In this document: piece by piece, positions 1 through 6,391 of the stretch
How positions within the stretch are numbered: position 1 is the stretch's first letter
How the letters are laid out: each line of letters opens with the position of its first letter
Assembly: GCA_046497275.1 (NCBI GenBank)
Contig: JAWOFX010000117.1
Coordinates: 1-10,044 of the forward strand
DNA from: Promethearchaeia archaeon
Lineage (GTDB): Archaea > Asgardarchaeota > Lokiarchaeia > Sigyniarchaeales > SOKP01
Direction: 5' to 3'
DNA: 10,044 nucleotides
Position numbers and translations under genes: made by a program
Notes under the pieces: generated by a model
Databases searched by the model: none
What the model was told of the DNA's origin: nothing
What the model saw: the letters and a program-made list of their open reading frames with translations, nothing else

Positions 1-624
1 TTTTGCGGTATTTTCTTTCAATTTAATCCATAGTTCATTTATTTCTTTTCTCACTTCAAGGAATTGCTCAATTTTTTTGAGAAGGATATCTCTTGCTCTA
101 TCAAACTCTCGCTGCACATCATTTAGTTCTTGATCTATTTGATTTAGCTTATCGCCTTCAATCATTTTGTTTTTGGCTTTTTCTACATCTAGAGCTTTTT
201 TAATTACCACTTTTCGTTTTTCTGCTACCTCTTTTAACGCGTCTGCAAATTCTTCTTTCTTTGCTACCAAATAATCTTTTCTCACGGCTAAATCTTTCAT
301 TGCATTGAGATATTTATTATTTGCTTCTATGTATTCATCATTTTGACGGATTAATTGTTCCATAAGATTGACATCTTGTTCTTTTACATTTGATCTATGC
401 TCTCGAGCAAGCATTTGCATTTGTTTGTAGACATCTCTTAAAGTTCGATTGAGTGAGTCCCTTGTAATATTCATATCGGAAATTTTATCCGCGAGTTTTT
501 TTTGATTCTTAATAACTTTGCTCTGCTCTTTAGCTTGGTCTTTTAATTTATCCACAAGCTCATTTTCTAAGCGTGCGAGATCCAGTTCGTCTTCATGCGT
601 AATTATTGGAATGCATATCACCAC
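1..624 (-). CDS. Partial all-alpha-helical coiled-coil protein (>=208 codons, C-terminus beyond the left edge); possible BAR-like fold
   Basis: Translated by hand; not in the ORF track because no stop lies in the window. The frame is open from the in-frame TAA at 643-645 to base 1: VVICIPIITHEDELDLARLENELVDKLKDQAKEQSKVIKNQKKLADKISDMNITRDSLNRTLRDVYKQMQMLAREHRSNVKEQDVNLMEQLIRQNDEYIEANNKYLNAMKDLAVRKDYLVAKKEEFADALKEVAEKRKVVIKKALDVEKAKNKMIEGDKLNQIDQELNDVQREFDRARDILLKKIEQFLEVRKEINELWIKLKENTAK. It has one Pro, one Gly and heptad-like patterning. The start is uncertain (GTG 624/621 or ATT 612). CDS existence is well supported; the BAR call is tentative. Confidence 0.85.
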   Translation of the reverse strand, partial: MVICIPIITHEDELDLARLENELVDKLKDQAKEQSKVIKNQKKLADKISDMNITRDSLNRTLRDVYKQMQMLAREHRSNVKEQDVNLMEQLIRQNDEYIEANNKYLNAMKDLAVRKDYLVAKKEEFADALKEVAEKRKVVIKKALDVEKAKNKMIEGDKLNQIDQELNDVQREFDRARDILLKKIEQFLEVRKEINELWIKLKENTAK

Positions 625-720
625 ATTTTCTTTAATTTTAATTTATATTTTTTTAATTAAAATTGAATTAATCTATGCATACAATAAGAAAATTTAGACT
701 ATTATAATTTTTTCACATTC

Positions 721-1752
721 TTAATAGGGAAAATATGAAGTGATGATACTATCGTAATTAGTCGATTTTAAAACCTTCACATTAATATTTTGCCCAATCA
801 TTTGATCAGAATATTCAAAAGGTTTATTTAACAATATTTTGCATGAGGATATATTATCAATTACTCCTATACATTCATTCTTCCAGCGTCCTGGTGATTT
901 AATCACTACAGAAATAATATCACCTTCCTTAATATCTAATGAAAAGAGGGCTCGATCGTGAATATTAAAATCTTGCGGACCCAATTTAAGTTTTATATCA
1001 TACTTTTTTTCTAAATCTGAAAGTTGTTTATAGAAATATCCCCATGTTTTTGGTCTAATTTTTTTAAGTTTTCTGCCAGTTTTATATATCAAATATTTTT
1101 GGATTCCAATTTGAATATCAACATTAGAATACCCTTTATTTCTTAAATCCACAATAAATTTAATAATTTCTTGAATGTCTTCATCATTTTCACCAGGAAA
1201 CCATACTGGAGCGAGAAGCACATCAATTTCTGTTTCTAATAAGAGATGAATATTATTAATTAATTTTTCCAAATCATAATATTTGCAGTTCGATAAATAT
1301 TGTGCCAGAGATTCGTTTAAGGTGTTTAAACTGATATTTAATCTCGTAATATTAACGTGTTCTAAATTCTTTATAATGGAGGGAGTAAGAAGAAGTCCAT
1401 TGGTTTGGATTGAAATCACTTTTACACCGGTAAGTTCCCATAAATTTTCAATTAGGGTGTAGAGATTTTTATAAAGAAAAATTTCTCCATAGGGAGCTAA
1501 ATGAATTTCAATATCATAAGCACCTTTGAGTTCGATGAGTTTTTTTACCCCATTTATGAAATATTGAGAATCAACAATAAAATTAGTTTCATAGTCACCC
1601 GCACTCACAAAACAATATCTACACGATAAATTACACAGAGTTAATGGTTTGAGTTCGATGAGATTTGTTCCTCTATCAATGATACCGATGAAATCTAAGC
1701 CTAATAGCGGGATACCAGATTTCTCATCTATATATATTATTTCTCGTGTCAT
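721..1752 (-). CDS. Radical SAM protein with C-terminal TRAM-like domain (COG2100-like, function unknown)
   Basis: Canonical CxxxCxxC (CNLSCRYC) is preceded by the GIIDRGTN segment typical of this archaeal family. It also has IQTNG and ISLNTL core motifs and a beta-rich C-terminal ~65 aa (GDIISVVIKSPGRWKNECIGV...IGQNINVKV) consistent with TRAM. Confidence 0.85.
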   Translation of the reverse strand: MTREIIYIDEKSGIPLLGLDFIGIIDRGTNLIELKPLTLCNLSCRYCFVSAGDYETNFIVDSQYFINGVKKLIELKGAYDIEIHLAPYGEIFLYKNLYTLIENLWELTGVKVISIQTNGLLLTPSIIKNLEHVNITRLNISLNTLNESLAQYLSNCKYYDLEKLINNIHLLLETEIDVLLAPVWFPGENDEDIQEIIKFIVDLRNKGYSNVDIQIGIQKYLIYKTGRKLKKIRPKTWGYFYKQLSDLEKKYDIKLKLGPQDFNIHDRALFSLDIKEGDIISVVIKSPGRWKNECIGVIDNISSCKILLNKPFEYSDQMIGQNINVKVLKSTNYDSIITSYFPY

Positions 1753-1766
1753 TTTAATTAGAGATA

Positions 1767-2837
1767 TTAAAATTTATATCTTAAGATTCCAAGTAAGGAC
1801 CCTAAATCTGTTAATTGCTCGCCAGCAGGATGTTTAGTATTAAGAATATCAACGTCCCCTCCAGTATTTTCCACATTTTTAATGATATCTTCGATTTCTA
1901 ATTTTTTTGATTTCGCTGCTCCCCTAATAACTGTATCAGCCACCAACAACTGTTTAATAGCCCCCCTTTGAGCTGCTTTTGAAACTTCGTCAAATCCTAT
2001 CACGATTAAATCAGCATCTTTCCCAAGTTGAGTTAAAACCTCTTCTATCTTTTCTGTTTCTTGTATAATTTTTACATTTTTTCTCATTTTCGCTAATTCT
2101 TGAGATTTTAGAGTTTCAAAGATTGCGCTTTCTGTCCCTGAACTGGCATGGATCGTTCTTATATTTTTTAGATCTAGATTTGAATGTTCTTTCAACCATC
2201 TAACAAATTTATCCTTAGTAGTTCCCGGACCTGAGATTATGATTAGATTAATTTCGCGAGTTTCTACATTAGATTCAATCAGTCTTTGAACATCTTCAAA
2301 AAAGTCGTTCAGAAATTTTCTACGAAATGACTGTTCATATCGTTTTCCGGGTATATTTTTTGTAATTGTCGCTATATTATTATGACTATAATTAGTAATT
2401 AAAGCAACATTTGCTAAACCTGTTTCCATTGCGACAATAAGCATAACAAAATTGGTCGCAAGTTTTGAAGATTCTTTTAATCTCATCAGATCTTGTCTCA
2501 TCCATTCATCTTTAGTAATTGTAATCTTCTGATTAATTTCTAGATTAAAGGTATGATACGAGCCAAAGGAAACAAAATCATCAGGACCCTCAAGAATAGT
2601 ACCTTTAATTCTTAGTCGATTACTAAATTCATGAAAAGCAACATCTTCTACTTTTAAAGTCAGTCTCATTACTTTCCGTTCTCCTTTGCTCCCTTCTTTC
2701 ATTACAACACGCCTTTGGGTTAAAGAGGATACTATATCTCCTTTTGCAATAATGTTGTAGAGGCTCCATAAATCATTCAAATCTTGGACTCTTACAGTGA
2801 TTTGCCCTTGTTTTTTATCTTGATCTAAGATCTTCAA
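1767..2837 (-). CDS. pelA: Pelota (aDom34), stalled-ribosome rescue / mRNA surveillance factor
   Basis: 356 aa. Carries pelota motifs DLNDLWSLYNII, RLRIKG, YHT, IPGK, GPG, GA(I)KQLLVAD and C-terminal GILRY. TTG start with GGAGAT SD at 2849-2844. Confidence 0.96.
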   Translation of the reverse strand: MKILDQDKKQGQITVRVQDLNDLWSLYNIIAKGDIVSSLTQRRVVMKEGSKGERKVMRLTLKVEDVAFHEFSNRLRIKGTILEGPDDFVSFGSYHTFNLEINQKITITKDEWMRQDLMRLKESSKLATNFVMLIVAMETGLANVALITNYSHNNIATITKNIPGKRYEQSFRRKFLNDFFEDVQRLIESNVETREINLIIISGPGTTKDKFVRWLKEHSNLDLKNIRTIHASSGTESAIFETLKSQELAKMRKNVKIIQETEKIEEVLTQLGKDADLIVIGFDEVSKAAQRGAIKQLLVADTVIRGAAKSKKLEIEDIIKNVENTGGDVDILNTKHPAGEQLTDLGSLLGILRYKF

Positions 2838-2932
2838 TTATTTATCTCCAATAGAATTAATTGATTAAATTCAGAGAGTATTTAGTTAAAAATAAGATTA
2901 ATTCTAATTAAAAATAGATCTATTAAAGATTT

Positions 2933-2971
2933 AAAAAAAAGAAAAAAATAAAATATAAGTGCGAAAAAAAA
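2933..2971 (-). terminator. Putative oligo-T archaeal terminator of the micro-ORF
   Basis: On the minus strand a T8 run (2971-2964) starts 5 nt after the TAA stop, and a T7-C-T8 run follows at 2948-2933. Confidence 0.55.
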
Positions 2972-2976
2972 GGATT

Positions 2977-3132
2977 TTATTCTTGCTTTTCTAAAGCTTG
3001 TTTAAGTTTTTCAAGTTCTTCTTGACGTTTCTTTTTCTCTTCCTCGATTTTCTTTCTTTCTTCCTCGCTTAAGCTCTGTAATTTTACTCCCTTTTTGATT
3101 TCGTTCTTAAGCTCATCATCCAGTTGTGGCAT
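2977..3132 (-). CDS. Unannotated 51-aa microprotein: WH2-like motif plus charged single alpha-helix
   Basis: Translated by hand: MPQLDDELKNEIKKGVKLQSLSEEERKKIEEEKKKRQEELEKLKQALEKQE*. ATG at 3132, TAA at 2979-2977, SD AAGGTG 8 nt upstream, BRE/TATA-like element upstream, T-tracts downstream. It is too short for the ORF track. Confidence refers to coding status; the WH2 function is inferred. Confidence 0.85.
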   Translation of the reverse strand: MPQLDDELKNEIKKGVKLQSLSEEERKKIEEEKKKRQEELEKLKQALEKQE

Positions 3133-3140
3133 ATTATCGA

Positions 3141-3146
3141 CACCTT
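3141..3146 (-). promoter_or_regulatory. Shine-Dalgarno (AAGGTG) of the micro-ORF
   Basis: The minus strand reads AAGGTG-tcgataat-ATG, an archaeal GGTG-type SD at 8-nt spacing. Confidence 0.75.
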
Positions 3147-3216
3147 GATATTATTTTTTATATTCTTATCTAACAAATGTAACAAAATTCGTATTTTTAA
3201 GTTTAAGTTTCTCCGG

Positions 3217-3229
3217 TTTAAAACTTTTC
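3217..3229 (-). promoter_or_regulatory. Putative BRE + TATA promoter for the micro-ORF
   Basis: The minus strand reads GAAAAG-TTTTAAA, a purine-rich BRE-like element directly followed by a TATA-like box, about 85 nt upstream of the ATG. AT-rich background limits specificity. Confidence 0.5.
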
Positions 3230-3276
3230 TTTCGCTTATCGGTTTGAGACAAGTTTTTAATTTTTGATTATAAGTT

Positions 3277-3741
3277 TCAAATATTCTCAGATCTTATATC
3301 CAATTTCATTAAATATGCTGCTTCTTGATTTCGATAATAGTTTTCTATTTTTTTAACAATGCGAAATTTGAATTTTTTATACAAACTAATTGCAGTCAAA
3401 TTGTGAATACTGACATTTAATATAATTTGTATAAAATTATTTGATTTAGACTTAATAAGTTCTAAAGCTTTTCCAAGAAGGAAAGACCCATAGCCTTTCC
3501 CTTGATGTTTCGGATTAATAAGCAAGTTAATTAAGTTAGCTCGATCTTTCCTATCTTTAACAATTACAACGAAACCTATTAACTTTTTAAAAAATCCTTC
3601 GGTTTCTATCTTATAAAAAATAAAATTACTTTGGATCAATTTCTTCATTAATTGTTTAGAGAATGCGTTTTCTTTAAATACTTTTTTTTCTAAATTTACT
3701 AATTTTCTTAGATCTTTCATTTGTACTTTTTCAGCTTTCAT
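3277..3741 (-). CDS. GNAT N-acetyltransferase, RimI/Ard1-like
   Basis: Acetyl-CoA-binding motif A (INPKHQGKGYGSFLL) and a RimI-type C-terminus (LNVSIHNLTAISLYKKFKF...IENYYRNQEAAYLM). The start overlaps the upstream stop by 11 nt. Confidence 0.88.
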   Translation of the reverse strand: MKAEKVQMKDLRKLVNLEKKVFKENAFSKQLMKKLIQSNFIFYKIETEGFFKKLIGFVVIVKDRKDRANLINLLINPKHQGKGYGSFLLGKALELIKSKSNNFIQIILNVSIHNLTAISLYKKFKFRIVKKIENYYRNQEAAYLMKLDIRSENI

Positions 3742-4882
3742 TGCCTTCTATCTCATTTTTAAACACATTTATAGGTGTTTTTTCTGCAATTTGTCGATAT
3801 GGTTTTTTCCTAAACGGTAAAACTTCTAATATGAATCCCTTCACCTCATATTGATTAAGAAAATCTAAAAATTTGTCATCAATCATGATATAATAAGGAA
3901 TTTTAATACTGTCTTTTTCAAAAACAAGGAATTCCGATGGTATTTGAGATTCATATAGTAAATCATCAAATAATAATTTTAATTCGAGTTCATCTCCTTC
4001 AATTTGACCATATAAAAGTAAGCCCTCTTCGGTTATCTCTTCATATGGTAATTTAATGTTCTGAGCACGATTAAAATATCGATTTTTTAATTGATAATAA
4101 TCTTTTGCTCTTATAGAACAAAAATGAATCTTTAATCTGGTTTTTGAAGATGTTTTTTGAATCAATTCAAGTGCTTTTTCTCTACTATTATTAACAGAAG
4201 CAAGAGTCCCCTTTTTAAGTGTAAATCCTCTTTTTTTTAATGATTGACTATTAGGAAAGCAATATTCAAATTCGTTCAAATTAATAAAATCTGCGCCAAT
4301 TTTATCCAGATAAAATATAAATTCATATAGTTCTTTTAAGTAGTTTGCTTTGGGAATAATGGGTACTTCAGCTCCCACTACCATCCCTTTATTCATCGCG
4401 ATCTTGATATTTGACCATTTTTCCTTTGATGGGTGAAAACGTATCTCATCCAATCCTGCTTTGGATAAATCTTCAGCAATAGTATGATTGAAATTTATCC
4501 CATTTGTATATAAATGAATATGAAATTTTTCATTAAACTGTGTTTTAACTAAATGAATATATTCTATAGTTTTTTTAATATTTTTTCCAATTAACGGTTC
4601 CCCACCTGTAATACTCATTCCTTTAGATCCAGATTTTTTCAACTCCTTCAAAATGTCAGATTTTTTTTCAATTTTTATTTCATTAATGAAAGAAATATCT
4701 TTTCCTCGCCTTTCCTCTGAGATTGGGCAGTACCAAGAGCATTGATCGGGTTTTTGACAGATTCCATTTAAAAAAAGTACGGATTTTTGTCCTTTTAGGC
4801 ATTGTTGACATCCTTTAGGGATCCCTCTTTCTTTTATAAAATAATTCGATTCCTTTGATTCACTAATTTTCTCATTACCCAT
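3731..4882 (-). CDS. Radical SAM protein (COG2108-like, PFL-activase-related archaeal family) with atypical Cys spacing
   Basis: N-terminal GIPKGCQQCLKG (CxxC), cluster motif CQKPDQCSWYCP, SITGGEP, HIHLYTNG, DEIRFHP, FINLNEFE, and IHFCS...KD..QLKNR. Confidence 0.85.
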   Translation of the reverse strand: MGNEKISESKESNYFIKERGIPKGCQQCLKGQKSVLFLNGICQKPDQCSWYCPISEERRGKDISFINEIKIEKKSDILKELKKSGSKGMSITGGEPLIGKNIKKTIEYIHLVKTQFNEKFHIHLYTNGINFNHTIAEDLSKAGLDEIRFHPSKEKWSNIKIAMNKGMVVGAEVPIIPKANYLKELYEFIFYLDKIGADFINLNEFEYCFPNSQSLKKRGFTLKKGTLASVNNSREKALELIQKTSSKTRLKIHFCSIRAKDYYQLKNRYFNRAQNIKLPYEEITEEGLLLYGQIEGDELELKLLFDDLLYESQIPSEFLVFEKDSIKIPYYIMIDDKFLDFLNQYEVKGFILEVLPFRKKPYRQIAEKTPINVFKNEIEGNES

Positions 4883-4883
4883 T

Positions 4884-5582
4884 TTAATTAATCTTTCTTC
4901 TTATTATCGAATTTTCTCTCGCTAATTTAGTTAATACTGCTTCGGGTGATTCTTCCAGAGATAATTCTCTTTTTAGAAAAACTCCCGTTCTTCCATGTTC
5001 TTCTCTTCTAAGAAGAACCCGCTTTCTTTCATTAATTGTATCAATACTTACACCCACTTTTTTTGCAGCAATACTTTCATTATTTAAAATTGAAAGTTCC
5101 TCGTGACCTTTTGGTAATGGATTAATTAATACCAGTCTTTTATCGATACCTGGGACTCTTTCATTATTTATAAGGTGTTCATAATTTATTTTTCCTCCAA
5201 AATCATAGAATTCGAGTGAAGTTTTATATAATTTAGTTAATGGAATCGTAATTGCGGTTAGTTCATTTAAATATATATAGAGTTTGATTGAGTCCCCAGG
5301 TGTCGCCATTATGAGTTCTCGTCGATAATTTTCATAGTTATTTTGGTTTAATATGAAATCAATTTTATATGTGGGAATTTTATGGAGAAATATTATATCT
5401 ATATCACTATATTGGTCTACATCTCCCCGAGCGACACTCCCATATACAAAAGGAAAGAGATTATTTTTCTTAAATAATTTCAGTAGCTTTTTAGCTTGCT
5501 TTCTTTTTTCTTCAAGTAATTTCCAATGTTTTTTGGAATATTTTACTTTATTATATAAGTCCCTTTGTATATTATCAGGCAT
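4884..5582 (-). CDS. Predicted nucleotidyltransferase, DNA polymerase beta superfamily (COG2413-like conserved archaeal family)
   Basis: Catalytic signature YGSVARGDVDQYSDIDII (GS-x-DxD). Family-typical segments ATP, EFYDFGG, RVPGIDKRL and GVSIDTINERKRVLLRREEHGRTGVF. Confidence 0.88.
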   Translation of the reverse strand: MPDNIQRDLYNKVKYSKKHWKLLEEKRKQAKKLLKLFKKNNLFPFVYGSVARGDVDQYSDIDIIFLHKIPTYKIDFILNQNNYENYRRELIMATPGDSIKLYIYLNELTAITIPLTKLYKTSLEFYDFGGKINYEHLINNERVPGIDKRLVLINPLPKGHEELSILNNESIAAKKVGVSIDTINERKRVLLRREEHGRTGVFLKRELSLEESPEAVLTKLARENSIIRRKIN

Positions 5583-6372
5583 TTTTTTTAATTATTTTTA
5601 TGATATATCCATATAAAATAGTTTCATAATACCGAAAATTATATCGTGATTTTTGAATTGAGATGATATTTTTTTTATCGTGAATAATTTTTGGTTGGAT
5701 TTTTTCAATAATTTTCAATGTTTTGTTTTTTAAGAATAAATAAGAGAAATGGTTAAAAATAAAATACAATTTTTTTTGAGGATTTTCTAAAGACTTATTA
5801 TGAAATGAAATTAGTTTTGATTTAGATAATTTTGGATTTATTGCGATAATTAAATGATTATTTGGATCATCGAAGAGGTTTTGATAGTAATAATTTTTAT
5901 TCGAATAATCAATATAAATATAATACGAGTTATTTATAAGCCCTTTAGTATTAAGAAATTTTGAAAGTTTTGAAAGTGTTTCATTGATTTGCAAAGGATC
6001 TTTTCCTTTTTTAAAATTGTAAATAAAGTCCGGAAAAAGATTGAGAAAGATAACATTATAGCCATTCGAACAAAAAGCTTCAATTAAAACCTTATATAAT
6101 TTTTTAAACCAATAATTTCCAACAAAAAATATATGAGGAGTGTTTCTCGAAGTGAAATTTCTATTTTTAATTAAGAGTATTGAAGAAAAGATTTTTAAAA
6201 TCGGAAGTTCGGATTTTAAATATGTCAAATTAATACTCTTGATATGAGAATTAGAAATAAATCCACGCCATCGCGAAATTGCTTTATATATTCTAACTGA
6301 AATTAGCATTATCAGAAGAAAAATAAGTACTAAGATACTAATTGTAATCCAATCTAATTGAAAAATATCCAT
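5575..6372 (-). CDS. Hypothetical protein with N-terminal membrane anchor; possibly a degenerate alpha/beta-hydrolase-like domain
   Basis: 265-aa open frame in very AT-rich DNA. Hydrophobic N-terminus (WITISILVLIFLLIMLISV) is followed by basic residues. It overlaps the downstream gene by 8 nt and starts 19 nt after cutA. Confidence 0.7.
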   Translation of the reverse strand: MDIFQLDWITISILVLIFLLIMLISVRIYKAISRWRGFISNSHIKSINLTYLKSELPILKIFSSILLIKNRNFTSRNTPHIFFVGNYWFKKLYKVLIEAFCSNGYNVIFLNLFPDFIYNFKKGKDPLQINETLSKLSKFLNTKGLINNSYYIYIDYSNKNYYYQNLFDDPNNHLIIAINPKLSKSKLISFHNKSLENPQKKLYFIFNHFSYLFLKNKTLKIIEKIQPKIIHDKKNIISIQKSRYNFRYYETILYGYIIKIIKKNA

Positions 6373-6391
6373 AGAAAAATTAACTCTTATA

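Noticed and set aside
1649-1837. 62-aa plus-strand ORF in the track
   Set aside because: Antisense shadow across the pelota/radical SAM junction, with no SD and no recognisable motif.
2913-2924. Perfect 12-bp palindrome AATAGATCTATT upstream of pelota
   Set aside because: It occurs once, in very AT-rich DNA. It could be an operator but is not distinguishable from chance without a second site or conservation.
4884-5582. MNT-HEPN toxin-antitoxin system
   Set aside because: There is no neighbouring HEPN gene, and the protein is much longer than a minimal nucleotidyltransferase.
5353-5616. 87-aa plus-strand ORF in the track
   Set aside because: Antisense to the well-supported nucleotidyltransferase. 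Its F/L/S-rich composition is typical of the reverse complement of K/E-rich coding DNA.
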